A stretch of DNA of 64,000 bases from Squalus acanthias (taxonomy: Eukaryota). The DNA is taken from NCBI GenBank assembly GCA_030390025.1, contig CM059432.1, forward strand, positions 28,274,001 through 28,338,000. Direction: 5' to 3'. The notes below the pieces were generated by a model. It saw only the letters and a list, made by a program, of their open reading frames with translations, did no database searches and was not told where the DNA came from. Positions within the stretch are counted from its first letter, which is position 1, and every line of letters begins with the position of its first letter. The translations under genes were made by a program, and so were the position numbers. Shown here piece after piece: positions 11,904 to 23,469 of the stretch.

Positions 11904-14900
11904 CTAATAAAGAAAAATATAAGCAGAATAAGATACAAATAGAATAATAAATCATTCTTTGGGTAAATGTAATTTTTATCTGATTACCCTTCAGTGAAGA
12001 GCCTTGTGACGTGTTACTATGTTAAAGCCGCTATATAATTGCAAGTTGCTGTTGTTGGATAATAGATGGTTGGTATGAGTACACAATGGACAATAGACAG
12101 GAGGTAATGAATTATCTAAAGGTTTCAATGAAAGAGTAATCAATCCTGTATATCCCAATGATATACAGGATAATTGGTGACCGACAGTAATTAGCAATGA
12201 CTAATTTACTGCAAAACTAAAGGTAATTTTGTCAACATCAGCAACATCTGGAATCAGAGGCTGAGTTATGAGGGAAAGCTGAAGAAACATGCCTTTATGA
12301 TCTTTGAATGGAGACAACTGAGAGGTGATCTCATAAAGGTGTATAAGATATTAAATAGTATAGAAAAGGTAGATCCAAAACACTACTTTAAAGTAGTGAA
12401 ATGGATTTTTTTAATAAGCATTCTAGGGATGGACAATGCTGGCAAGGCCACATTTATTGCCCATCCCTAATTTCCCTGAGAAGGTGGTGGTGGGTCTTCT
12501 TGTTGAACGAGTGGTGATGGTTTGTATGACAGAATGACTTGCTAGGCCACTGCGAGGGCAGTTAAGCGTCAAGTACATTGGTGTGGGGCTGGAGACACGT
12601 ATAGGTCAGACGGGGAAGGCAAGCTGGTTTCTTTCCCTAAAGGACATCAGTGAACCCATTTAGGGTTGATGTCAGGAGGTTCTTCACAAAAGTGTGATTA
12701 ACACATGGAATTGACTCCAGATGAAGTAGTGAAGGTAAAAGCCTTGGAATCATTTAAGTAGATGCTGTGCCGGCAACACTCTAGGGTTTATCCTGAATGG
12801 ATGAGCTCCGATTGGTTGAAAGACCTTTCTCATCTGTATCTATCTTGTGAAAACCACCAGTCTAAAATGTTGCCTCAACATCACATTTGTATTCGTTCTA
12901 TTATGCAATTCAAACCTTCTTCTGACTAGATAAAGGATCCTTGTGGAGGGAAGAGGACAAGACATCATGGGAGTGTTGTAAATCAAAAGAGAATCCGTGG
13001 GATATGTGTCAAAGACTTCACCTGAGCAAATAATGAGACAAACATCCCACTATGGGGAGACACTGAGTAGAGGCCATGAACTTTCCCATTGGAGTGGAGA
13101 GAAAAATCAGAGAGTGCGTCACCCTGGGCCATTTTCACATACCTCTCAGCATCAGCTGCACAGCACCACTGCTGGAGATTCAGAAGCAGGTCTCCAGCCA
13201 GATAAGGTGCATGACATGGAAAGGAGAAATAAGGAGAAAAAAATAAAAATGCATTTTAAAGAAGAAAGAGTATCCAAGATTATCTACACCTCGATAAATT
13301 AGGAGACTGTTCATTTCCTTTATGAATGGTTCCACCATATAAGTATTGACTGTGCTCATTGGAAATCTATTCCATTTGGTTACAACAACAACAACAATTT
13401 GTATTTATATAGCGCCTTTAACGTAGTAAAACATCCCAAGGCACTTCACAGGAGTATTAAAAGACAAAAAAGTTTGACACCGAGCCACATAAGGAGAAAT
13501 TAGGGTAGGTAACCAAAAGCTTGGTCAAAGAGGTAGGTTTTAAGGAGCATCTTAAAGGAGGAAAGAGAGGTCGTCAGCGTACATGTGGAAACGGACGCTG
13601 TGTTTTCAGATGATGTTGCTAAGGGGCAACATGTAGATGAGAAGTAGGAGGGGGCCAAGGATAGATCCTTGGGGGACACCAGAGGTAACGATGCAGGAGT
13701 GGGAAGAGAAGCCGTTGCAGGTGATTCTCTGGCTACGATAAGATAGATAAGAATGGAACCAGGTGAGTGCAGTCCCACCCAGCTGGACGACAGTGGAGAG
13801 GCATTGGAGAAGTATTGAGTGTTCAACCGTGTAAAAGGCTGCAGACAAGTCAAAAAGGACGAGGAGGGATAGCTTACCTTTGTCACAGTCACAAAGGATA
13901 TCATTTGTGACTTTGATGAGAGCCGTTTCGGTACTGTGGCAAGGGCGGAAACCTGATTGGAGGGATTCAAACATGGAATTGCGGGAAAGATGGGCACGGA
14001 TTTGGGAGGCGACAACACGTTCCAGGATTTTGGAGAGGAAAGGGAGGTTGGAGATGGGGCGGTAGTTTGCAAGGACGGAGGGGTCAAGGGTTGTTTTTTT
14101 GAGGAGAGGGGTGATGACGGCAGATTTGAGGGAGAAGGGGACAGTACCTGAGGAGAGAGAACCATTAACAATGTCAGCTAACATGGGAGCCAGAAAAGGT
14201 GGTCAGCAGTTTGGTGGGAATAGGGTCGAGGGAGCAGGAAGTGGGTCCCATTGACAAGATGAGCGCGGAGAGGTCATGAGGGGAGATCGGAGAGAAACTG
14301 GAGAAAGATGTGAGTTCAGGGCTAGGGCAGGGGGGGAACTTTAGATGAAGTTTCGCCTGGTGGGCTAGGGGTAGGAAGGGAAGTGGCAGAGGCAGTTGAA
14401 TGGATGGTCTCAATTTTAGAGACAAAGAAGTCCATGAGCTCCTCACACTTGTCGGAGGTGAGGGTGGAGGAGACAGGGGAGAGGGGTTTAAGAAGAATAG
14501 GAGCCGGGGTTTATCTTTGCATTCCAGAATGATTCTGGAATAGTGAGAAATTTTGGCAGACGAGAGCAGGACCCGATAATGCTTTATGTGGTCTAGCCAG
14601 ATCTGGCGGTGAATGGCTAAACCAGTTGTCCGCCATATCCGTTCAAGTCTGCGTCCCTTGGACTTAAGGGAGCAGAGATGAGGGCCATACCAGGGGGAGC
14701 AGCCAGGGTGAGAGAGAGTAATTGGTTTAATAGGGACTAGGGCATCAAAGGTGGTGGTGAGGGTGTGGTTGAACAGATCGGTAGCTGCAGAAATGTTATG
14801 GTGAATGGAGGGCCAAAGGCTGGACAGTTGGGTTTTCATAAGTGCAGTTGTAAGAGAGATGGGAGAGTGTTTTTTCCAGGGGCGGACACAGAAGGAAGGA

Positions 14901-16272
14901 GGGTTGGAGGGGTGGGGGGGCGGATGGAAGGGGGATGTGGGTGGAGAGTGATACGAGGAAGTGGTCAGAGATGGCCTTATCTGCGATTGACACAATGGGA
15001 GTAGCAAGGCCATGAGAGATGACAAGGTCGAGGGGGTGGCTGTGAATATGGGTTGGGGAGTTTACATGGAGGGAGAGATTAAGGGAGGATAGGAGACTAG
15101 TGAACTCAGAGGAGAGAGAGCATGATGAATTGAGATGGAGGTTGAAATCACCGAGGATGAGAAGTCGTTCGGTGCAGAGGCTGAGGGAGGAGAGCAGAGA
15201 AGATATCTCAGTAAAAAATGTTTTATGGTACTTGGGTGGGCGGTAGAGAACAAGAATTTTAAATGAGAGGTGAGAGGGGTGGAACAAGGTGAGATGCTCA
15301 AAGGAGGAGAAAGTGCCGGAGGAATAGGGGGACAGACCAAGGTGTGATTTGGTGATGAGGGCCACACCGCCACCACGGCGGTCTGAGCGGGGCAAGTGGT
15401 GGAAGGTATAGCCAGGCGGGGAGGCTTCATTTAAGGGTAAGGTGTCATCACCCCTCAACCAAGTTTCCGTCAGGGCCATGATGTCAATGCAATCATCCAC
15501 GATAAGCTCATGGATGGCCAGGGCCTTGTTCGCAAGTGAACGGACATTCTGGAGGGAGATGCGGAGAGGGTCAGTGATGGCTGCCCCACTGCCAGCATCC
15601 ACAGGGTCAGCGCTGGAGGTATGAGTTGGATGGGGAGGAGATTGGCAAGATTCGCCCCCAGTGGGCCCGCTGGGCAGGAAGGTCATCGAGAGAGTAGGAT
15701 GGGACAGTTGGAGTTGCTGCTCATAAGGCGGCAGCGACGAGTGCCTCGATGGGCCCTTTGTAGGATGCCAAGAGAGGCAGAGAGGGAAGCTGTCGGCTTA
15801 TCTAAGAGGGAGTCGAGCCTGGGACGGTGGCAGGAGAGTAGGAAGGTCGAAGAGTAATGAGGGATTGGGGTAGGGATTTGGAAGGGCAGAGTATCCGAGA
15901 GAGGAGAGATGAAAGGAGGCATGACGACAGGGGAGAGCAGTCCGGGAGGGATAGAGAGAAAGGAAAAGAGGGGGAAAAAGTGGAAAAGTATTGAATGGTT
16001 CAGGTTCGGAGCGTCATCCAGAGTGCGCACGCGAATGGACACGGGAAAAGCTCAGGTTACATAGGCCTGTTTAAATGTAATAATTAATGGAATACATATT
16101 TCCTGGTAGCAGGGAATAGGTTGGAGACAATAGTAGGGAGACCAGGGTCAAAGTCAGAGGTCCTATGGAAGGACAAAGCTGATGTAAGCAGGATGGGGCC
16201 GGTACGGAGCATCGACGAACCGCTGTCCAAAGCAGGTGAGTGAAGTCCAGAAGCTATTTGAAGGGTAGAGAG

Positions 16273-16466
16273 TGTGGTAACACAATACAGCTTCCTGTGA
16301 CTCGAACTTTATTGCATCACTTCCTGTGATTAGTCCAGGATAAATACTGGACTGATCAGTTGGATCCTGGAGAGGCATAGAGTAAGACCTCTTTTGTATG
16401 TAGCACCTTTTTAGTTGATTAAAGCTTACTTTAAGTTCACCACGCGTAAGGCTCATTCTTACGACA
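16273..16466 (+). repeat. 5' LTR (194 bp)
   Basis: Identical by eye to 20547-20740; ATTAAA at 16418-16423. Confidence 0.95.
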
Positions 16467-16544
16467 ATTTAATCAACTTTGGAAAACTTCGCACTCAAAC
16501 TTTTTGGACGAACTCGGAACTAAGGATCCAGGGAATCACCCATC

Positions 16545-19500
16545 ATGGAAAACATCCTTAAACCATCGCGTCTTGACTTGGACCCAAACACCCCAGCAGC
16601 CGGTAAGGTGTGGAAACACTGGTATCGCACGTTTGACAATTTTCTTGAATATTGTAAGGCTGATGATAACTCAAAGTTGCGGATACTCATCAACTGTGTC
16701 ACCCCGAATGTATTTCAGTATGTGGAGAAATGGGACAGTTACGAGGAGGCAATTCGGACGCTTAAGAGACTATATACTAAGACACCGAATGAGGTCTATG
16801 CCAGACATCTACTAGCTACAGCCCAACAAGGGCCGGAGGAATCCATTGATAAATTCCTCCAAGAGCTTCGCAGACTTAGTATGGACTGTAACTTTCGGGC
16901 GGCCTCAGCTGAGCTGTACCATGAAGAAATGATCCATGATGCTTTCATCTGCGGGCTTGCCTCCCCATTTATACGCCAGCGTCTACTGGAAAGTAAGACA
17001 CTTGAGCTTCAGAAAGCTTATGACATGGCTTGCTCTCTAGATCTGGCAAAAAGAAATGCAGACCTTTATACAGTGCCCAGACCTCGGTCTACTGCCTTAA
17101 CTACAGTCAGGCAATTTAAGAGGCCACAGGTGAACTCTATTAGGGAGGTCTTTATCCCTGACGATCAATCTGATGACTTCACTGATGAAGAGGATGATGA
17201 CCCCACTGTGGCAGCCTCTTGGCAATCTAAGAAATGCTTCTTTTGTGGTGATGAGTTCCACCCTCGGAAATTCTGCCCTGCTCGCAATGCGTTTTGCAGT
17301 CATTGCAACAAAAAGGGTCATTTTGCAAAGGTTTGCCTATCAAGAGCCTCTACGAGGGCTTATCAAGCTAAGTCCTACCGAACTGCCCCGGTAAGGGCCT
17401 ATCAAGATGTTCCAGCTAAAATCTATCGTGCTTCTTCTCGAAGAAACACACCTAGAGTTTCAGCCACTCTTTGTGCAACGACACCAATTACAGCTGCTTG
17501 TCCTCAGAACCTATTCCATGCAGCTACAAAAGCATCAATTAATGGACATACTTTAGATGCCTTAATTGACTCAGGTAGCACTGATAGTTTCATTAGGGAA
17601 CAGATTGTTGCAGAGTTAAAGCTACATGTTTTCCCATCGGACCAGGCAGTTGCGATGGCTCAGTCATCACTTAATACCAGAATTTCTGGCTTTTGTATGG
17701 TTGAAATAACACTTAATGGTCGCAGGTATCCCTCCACCCGGCTTTCAGTGCTCAAGGACTTATGTAGTGATCTTATCTTAGGGCTGGATTTTCAAAAGCA
17801 GCATAAGAAGCTCACCATTGAGTTCGGCGGATCCAAACCTGAACTCACTATTTCTAATATACTACCTCGATTACCGTTCTGTGCATTGTCAGCAGCTTCA
17901 CTGGATGAACCCTCACTGTTTTCCAGTATCCCTCCTCGATGCAAACCGATTATAACAAAGTCACGACGTTTCAGTCAGGAAGACCAGACTTTTATTGCGG
18001 CTGAGATTTCTCGGCTTTTAGCAGAGGATATCATCGAGCTTTGTTCGTCGCCATGGCGCGCCCAGGTCGTTATTGTTAAGAACCCTCTACAACCTCACAA
18101 GAAACGGCTGTGCATTGACTATTCACAGACCATCAATCAATATACGGACTTGGACGCATACCCATTGCCACGCATCGATGATATGGTTAATAAATTGGCT
18201 GAGTACACGGTGTTCTCAACATATGATCTGAAAAGTGCCTATCATCAGGTACCCTTGAAGGTCTCAGACAAGCAGTATACGGCCTTTGAAGCCAATGGAC
18301 GGCTGTATCAATTTCGTCGCCTCCCCTTTGGGGTCACTAATGGAGTGGCTGTCTTCCAGCGAGCAATGGATGACCTGGTCAAACAGGAAGACTTGAAGGA
18401 TACGTTTCCTTATGTGGACAATATTACTGTCACAGGTCGCAATCAGTGGGAACATGACGCCAATCTCCAACGATTTTGGGACGCACTCCAGCACCGTAAT
18501 TTGACATTAAATGCGGCTAAATCCATTGAGTCACAACCAACCATCAACATCCTTGGCTATTGTGTGGGCAATGGCATCATTAAACCTGACCCTGAAAGGC
18601 TTCGCCCACTCCAAGAACTCCCGCCACCTAAGAATCCGGCCTCCTTGCGCCGGGCCCTCGGCCTGTTTGCATACTATGCTAAATGGATTCCTAACTTCTC
18701 GGACCGAATCCAACCTCTACTGAAGGCCAGCACATTCCCACTAGACACAACGGCTGTTGCAGCCTTTAACCTCCTGAAAAAACAGTTGGAGAAAGCGACT
18801 CTTCACTCCATCGATGAGAGTCTTCCTTTTGTCGTTGAGTGTGATGCCTCGGAGGTGGCGATCTCGGCCACTCTGAATCAGGAAGGTCGTCCGGTGGCAT
18901 TTTTGTCCAGGACTTTTCAAGGGGCTGAGCTACATTATCCTCCAGTCGAGAAAGAAGCTACAGCCATCATAGAGGCAGTAAGGAAATGGAGTCATCTCCT
19001 AGCTCGCCAGCACTTTACCTTAATCACGGACCAGCGATCGGTCGCCTTCATGCTCGATAATCGAAAACGGACCAAAATTAAAAATAATAAAATCCAGCTT
19101 TGGCGGCTGGAATTGGCCTCTTTTGGTTACACCATCCACTATCGACCTGGCAAGGAGAATGTGGCTCCGGATACCCTCACACGAGCATTCTGCTCCGCCA
19201 TGGCACCCTCTACGCTCGTAGACATCCATGATGGGTTGTGTCATCCGGGCGTTACTCGCATGCTACACTTCGTGCGGTCCCGAATTCTCCCATTCTCTAC
19301 CGGGGATGTAAAGAAGATTTGCTCGGACTGCAGAGTCTGTGCGGAATTGAAACCTCGGTTTTTCCGCCCCTCGGGTGGTATACTCATACATGCGACCCAG
19401 CCAATGCAACGGCTTAGCATCGATTTTAAGGGGCCGTTGCCCTCTTCAACTCGCAACACTTATCTATTGACCATGGTCGATGAGTATTCCCGCTTTCCGT

Positions 19501-20483
19501 TTGCCTTTCCCTGCCCCAATATGCTGACGACCACGGTTATCAGCTGCCTTGAGCAGGTATTTGCTTTCTGTGGCATGGCATCCTATGTTCATTCGGATCG
19601 GGGCCCTTCTTTTATGTCAGGAGAACTCAAGGCCTATCTCTCAGAACGGGGTATTGCTGCCAGCAAAACGACGCCTTATCACCCGGTCGGGAATGGGCAA
19701 GTCGAGCGTTTTAACGCTATCCTCTGGAATGCGGTACGTCTGGCTTTGAGATCTCGGGGCCTACCCAACCAGCAATGGGAAGCAGTACTTCCAGACGCAT
19801 TACACTCCACACGGTCCCTCCTTTCGACCGCCACAAATGCGACGCCTCATGAACGGTTCTTCCGATTTCAGCGTCGCTCATCCTATGGGATATCTCTCCC
19901 GTCGTGGCTGACTACACCGGGACCAGTGCTACTCCGAAGATATGTCCGGGCGTCTAAGAATGACCCCCTGGTAGATGAGGTTGAGCTCACTGACGTCAAC
20001 CCTACCTACGCCTATATTCGGTATCCTGACGGTCGGGAATCTACCGTGTCATTGCGGGATCTGGCTCCCTGCCCGCCGAAACATAGAGGGACACCAGGGG
20101 ATGATATTGTACCAGGCACATCTCTGGGCTCGCCAGGTGCCTCTCATCACGATCTGGATCTGATGCCGGCTGGTACCTCACTCCAGCGTGCCGACCTGGG
20201 GCAGACTGACTATGAGCCCGTCGGGGCTCGCACGCGCAGCCACGATCCACCCCGTACCGTACGCTCGGAAACGGATCTGCCACAGCCCTGCCCGACACCC
20301 GTTCGGGCACCAGTACACAGTCAGGATCGTCCTGACCCCTCACAAAGCGGGCTGGATCACTCGGACTCTGGTCCACGGCCCGCGGCGGGTAAACAGGCTA
20401 GGGGCCCTCTACCGCTACGAGAACCCAAACGGGTGCGGCTCTCCCTCGTCCAGCGGCTACGAAATGGAGGGAGAATGTGGTAA
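16545..20483 (+). CDS. Gag-Pol polyprotein (1312 aa)
   Basis: Two CCHC knuckles, protease LIDSGS, RT (YDLKSAYHQ, LPFG, YVDN), RNase H (CDAS, EKEA, TDQ), integrase HHCC + D(FKG)/D(RG)/E(RFN); no stops or frameshifts. Confidence 0.96.
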   Translation: MENILKPSRLDLDPNTPAAGKVWKHWYRTFDNFLEYCKADDNSKLRILINCVTPNVFQYVEKWDSYEEAIRTLKRLYTKTPNEVYARHLLATAQQGPEESIDKFLQELRRLSMDCNFRAASAELYHEEMIHDAFICGLASPFIRQRLLESKTLELQKAYDMACSLDLAKRNADLYTVPRPRSTALTTVRQFKRPQVNSIREVFIPDDQSDDFTDEEDDDPTVAASWQSKKCFFCGDEFHPRKFCPARNAFCSHCNKKGHFAKVCLSRASTRAYQAKSYRTAPVRAYQDVPAKIYRASSRRNTPRVSATLCATTPITAACPQNLFHAATKASINGHTLDALIDSGSTDSFIREQIVAELKLHVFPSDQAVAMAQSSLNTRISGFCMVEITLNGRRYPSTRLSVLKDLCSDLILGLDFQKQHKKLTIEFGGSKPELTISNILPRLPFCALSAASLDEPSLFSSIPPRCKPIITKSRRFSQEDQTFIAAEISRLLAEDIIELCSSPWRAQVVIVKNPLQPHKKRLCIDYSQTINQYTDLDAYPLPRIDDMVNKLAEYTVFSTYDLKSAYHQVPLKVSDKQYTAFEANGRLYQFRRLPFGVTNGVAVFQRAMDDLVKQEDLKDTFPYVDNITVTGRNQWEHDANLQRFWDALQHRNLTLNAAKSIESQPTINILGYCVGNGIIKPDPERLRPLQELPPPKNPASLRRALGLFAYYAKWIPNFSDRIQPLLKASTFPLDTTAVAAFNLLKKQLEKATLHSIDESLPFVVECDASEVAISATLNQEGRPVAFLSRTFQGAELHYPPVEKEATAIIEAVRKWSHLLARQHFTLITDQRSVAFMLDNRKRTKIKNNKIQLWRLELASFGYTIHYRPGKENVAPDTLTRAFCSAMAPSTLVDIHDGLCHPGVTRMLHFVRSRILPFSTGDVKKICSDCRVCAELKPRFFRPSGGILIHATQPMQRLSIDFKGPLPSSTRNTYLLTMVDEYSRFPFAFPCPNMLTTTVISCLEQVFAFCGMASYVHSDRGPSFMSGELKAYLSERGIAASKTTPYHPVGNGQVERFNAILWNAVRLALRSRGLPNQQWEAVLPDALHSTRSLLSTATNATPHERFFRFQRRSSYGISLPSWLTTPGPVLLRRYVRASKNDPLVDEVELTDVNPTYAYIRYPDGRESTVSLRDLAPCPPKHRGTPGDDIVPGTSLGSPGASHHDLDLMPAGTSLQRADLGQTDYEPVGARTRSHDPPRTVRSETDLPQPCPTPVRAPVHSQDRPDPSQSGLDHSDSGPRPAAGKQARGPLPLREPKRVRLSLVQRLRNGGRMW

Positions 20484-20546
20484 CACAATACAGCTTCCTG
20501 TGACTCGAACTTCATCCCGGCCTCCTAATCTTTTGGGGGGGGAGAA

Positions 20547-20740
20547 TGTGGTAACACAATACAGCTTCCTGTGACTCGAACTTTATTGCATCACTTCCTG
20601 TGATTAGTCCAGGATAAATACTGGACTGATCAGTTGGATCCTGGAGAGGCATAGAGTAAGACCTCTTTTGTATGTAGCACCTTTTTAGTTGATTAAAGCT
20701 TACTTTAAGTTCACCACGCGTAAGGCTCATTCTTACGACA
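20547..20740 (+). repeat. 3' LTR (194 bp)
   Basis: Follows the PPT; identical to the 5' LTR. Confidence 0.95.
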
Positions 20741-22083
20741 GAGAGTTCGAGGATGCAGGTTGTTGCTGTAGGAATGAGAGTCGGTAGCGGTGCAGAAAGA
20801 TGATGGCTAAATTGACGCAAGCTGGAGGTCACCGTAGATCAAAGCGGCTGAGAAAAGGTAAAACCGCAAGCCAGTGACCAGAAAAGCTGAAAACCAGTAG
20901 GACGAGTCACCGGACAGCAAGTGGAGCAGCAGCTGCTACCTACAAGCCAGCAGAGCTGAAAACCCAGTAGAACCAGTTCAGCAGTTTAAAGGTAAAAATC
21001 TTTTAGCAGCAGAGATAGAGACATGGCAAGTAAGTCTTACAGTGAAATCCAGTTTAGTTCCATGTAGTAAAGTGCAGAAACATAGTGTAATCCAGTGTAG
21101 TTCAAAGCAGAAACCTAGTGTAGATGTCCAGAGAAGTCCAGGAGATCAGAAACCAATTTGACAAAGGAATTCCGCAGCTTAAGACTTGAAGTGACTGAAA
21201 AGCAGAGCAGCGCCACAGCCGCTGAGTCAAACCGTATAGTCAATGATGTTCTGTCCGCGAGGAATCCAGTGATAGAGGTCAAGTTTCAGTAGAGTTCCGG
21301 CAGTTGAAAGAGCTCAGTGAGAACAAAGACACCAGGGGATGGGCAGTGGACTCTGCAGGGGGAGCTTTAAACTTGTAATATGAACTTGTAGTTTGGGCTG
21401 AAATGCCTTCACTATCAGAGGCAGCGTATCTTAAGCAATGGACGAAAGGAGATTGGGGGAAGAAAGGGCAAAAGATGGCAATGGATGACCACGGATACAG
21501 AAGGAAAGAGCAGCTCAGGAAGGAGCTGCCAGCCCAGGAGCCATCTAGAACCATTCATAAAGGAAATGAACAGTCTCCTAATTTATCGAGGTGTAGATAA
21601 TCTTGGGCACTCTTCTTTCTACCTGCATCTGCATTGTGTTGAAAGCAAGGCTCACCTCACTGCCTCCTACTTTAATTCTCTCCCAGCTCCTCAAATTGTT
21701 GAACTACATACTCTTCAATCTTCCCTTTCTCCTACAATCTAGAGATTTTTAAAACTCAGGCCTAGCGTCCCCTAACCACTACTTTGTTTATCCTGCACTC
21801 TTTTCCACTCTTTCAAAACTTGGTTTTGCTCTGCACTATTTGCCTTGATTCTTCACCTAGCTTTCTCAGTTTAAAAAAGGGCTTGGTGCCATTACAGGAG
21901 GAAGTTGAACATGGCCTGTATGGGTTCTGAGAATGTACCTGCAGAGTGGGTTTGCTGTGTGGGCATTTTCTCATTTCTACTCTCTAATGATGCTGCATTA
22001 TGGCAGGCACATTAATATCACACAGGGTATCGGCTAGCAATGTCAATAATTTGGATACAAGAGCAATAAAACATCTCCCCTAC

Positions 22084-22199
22084 CTGGCCAAAGGTTTTGC
22101 AGAGCAAGTTGGATTCTGAGCTATTGTAAAGCTCACACTGGAACAGCTCTCCTTTGCTGAATAATGTCAGAAAGTTACACATCTCATTTCCGGAGCATT
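22084..22199 (-). CDS. TG: Thyroglobulin exon (~exon 24), type-3 repeat start
   Basis: tgcag|...|gtaggg, 116 bp, phase 1-0: ECSGNEMCNFLTLFSKGELFQCELYNSSESNLLCKTFGQ. Confidence 0.92.
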
Positions 22200-23469
22200 C
22201 TGCAAAGGGAAACATTTAAGTTTTCTTTATGCGTGACTTCATGGTTTATTTTAAACCTGAATAGAAATATTTTAACAGAAAAGCCATATGGGAAACAAAG
22301 AGGCTCATTTATCTAACTGCGTATGTTCAGCAAGCACCTTTAAAAAAACCTTTGTACTGTGAGGAGTGGGTATTCCAGTGGGTTTGAACAAGGTTCCATC
22401 ACATCTAGAACTTGGAGTCAAATCAAACACAACTGATGTGATAAAAATCTCTCGTCTCTGCTGACTGTAACAGCCTAAAGTGAGCAGAGTTTGCATAGTG
22501 ACCAACGATCCAGAGATGAAGAGAAATGTTTTTACACAGCAAGTTGCTGTGGTCTGGGACGCACTGCCTGAAAGTGTGCTGGAAGCAGATTCAATAGTAA
22601 CTTTCAAAAAGGAATTGGATATATATTTCACCTGATAGAGGTCTTTAAGATTATGAAGGGGTTTAACAGGGCAGATGTAGAGAAGATGTTTCCACTTGTG
22701 GGGGAGTTCAGAACTAGAGGTCATAAATATAAAATAGTCACTAATAAATCCAATAAGGAATTCAGGAGAAACTTCTATGCAAAATTTTTAATTACAGATA
22801 TATACTTCAATGAGGTTGCCATTTAACTAACTTTTTTCTAGACTATGGAGCTTTGACTTATCTCAACTTTCCTCCTCTCTATCTGTTGGTTTGTATCTGC
22901 AATTTAAAAAAAAATTCTGAGTGTGAGCATCACTGGCAAGGACGTCAGTCATTGCCCATCCCTATTTACACTGAGATAATAGTGGTTGGGCGATCTTCTT
23001 GAACCGCTGAAATTCTTTGTTTGATACAACTAAGTGGACCATGTCAGAGGGCATTTAAGAGTCAGCCACGTTGGTGTGGGACTGGAGTCACACACAGGCC
23101 AACTTCTCAAATTGCCATGGTGGGATTTGAACTCACGTTCTCTGGAATATGAGTCTAGGCGTCTGGATTACTAGTATAGTCCTGAATATCATTGAGGAGG
23201 TGTACAAAATGCACTTTGAACCTTTGTCATTACAGACCTTTGATTAGAACAGACTTATTATAGAAAATAAAAGGCTTAATCAATCCTTGTTAAAATTATC
23301 CTTGCCATAATAAACACAATTTAATTGATTCGCTACAAACTTGTAAAAAGGAATGTTCTTGGGATGTGGGATACGTTGGCAAGGCCGTGCTTATTGCCCA
23401 TTCTAGTTGACAGTGAAAAGGTGGTGGCAGGCCTTCTCCTTGAACCCTTGCAGTGCTTGTGGTGATGGT

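Larger units (their letters stand above)
16273..20740 (+). mobile_element. Full-length Ty3/Gypsy LTR retrotransposon
   Basis: TG..CA LTRs, 5-bp TSD GAGAG (16268-16272/20741-20745), PPT ggggggggagaa at 20535-20546, PR-RT-RH-IN order. Confidence 0.97.
13383..21280 (-). mobile_element. L2-clade LINE (frameshifted APE + RT, internally deleted), split by the Gypsy insertion
   Basis: APE motifs QNVRSL, LTETW, GDFNLH, SDH (14796-15686); RT motifs NYRPISNLPFLSK, QSGFR, GVPQGSILGP; RT cut off at YADD (~13570) and joined to the 3' tail; (CAA)n end; 5' boundary approximate. Confidence 0.85.

Noticed and set aside
20041..20832. Extra ORFs at the Gypsy 3' end as env or accessory genes
   Set aside because: Short, overlap pol or the LTR, no signal peptide or TM segment
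22340..22474. Exon-like AG..GT segment within ORF 22305-22724 (GCYSQQRREIF...)
   Set aside because: No TG resemblance; exons at 25762-25884 and 22084-22199 already join in frame
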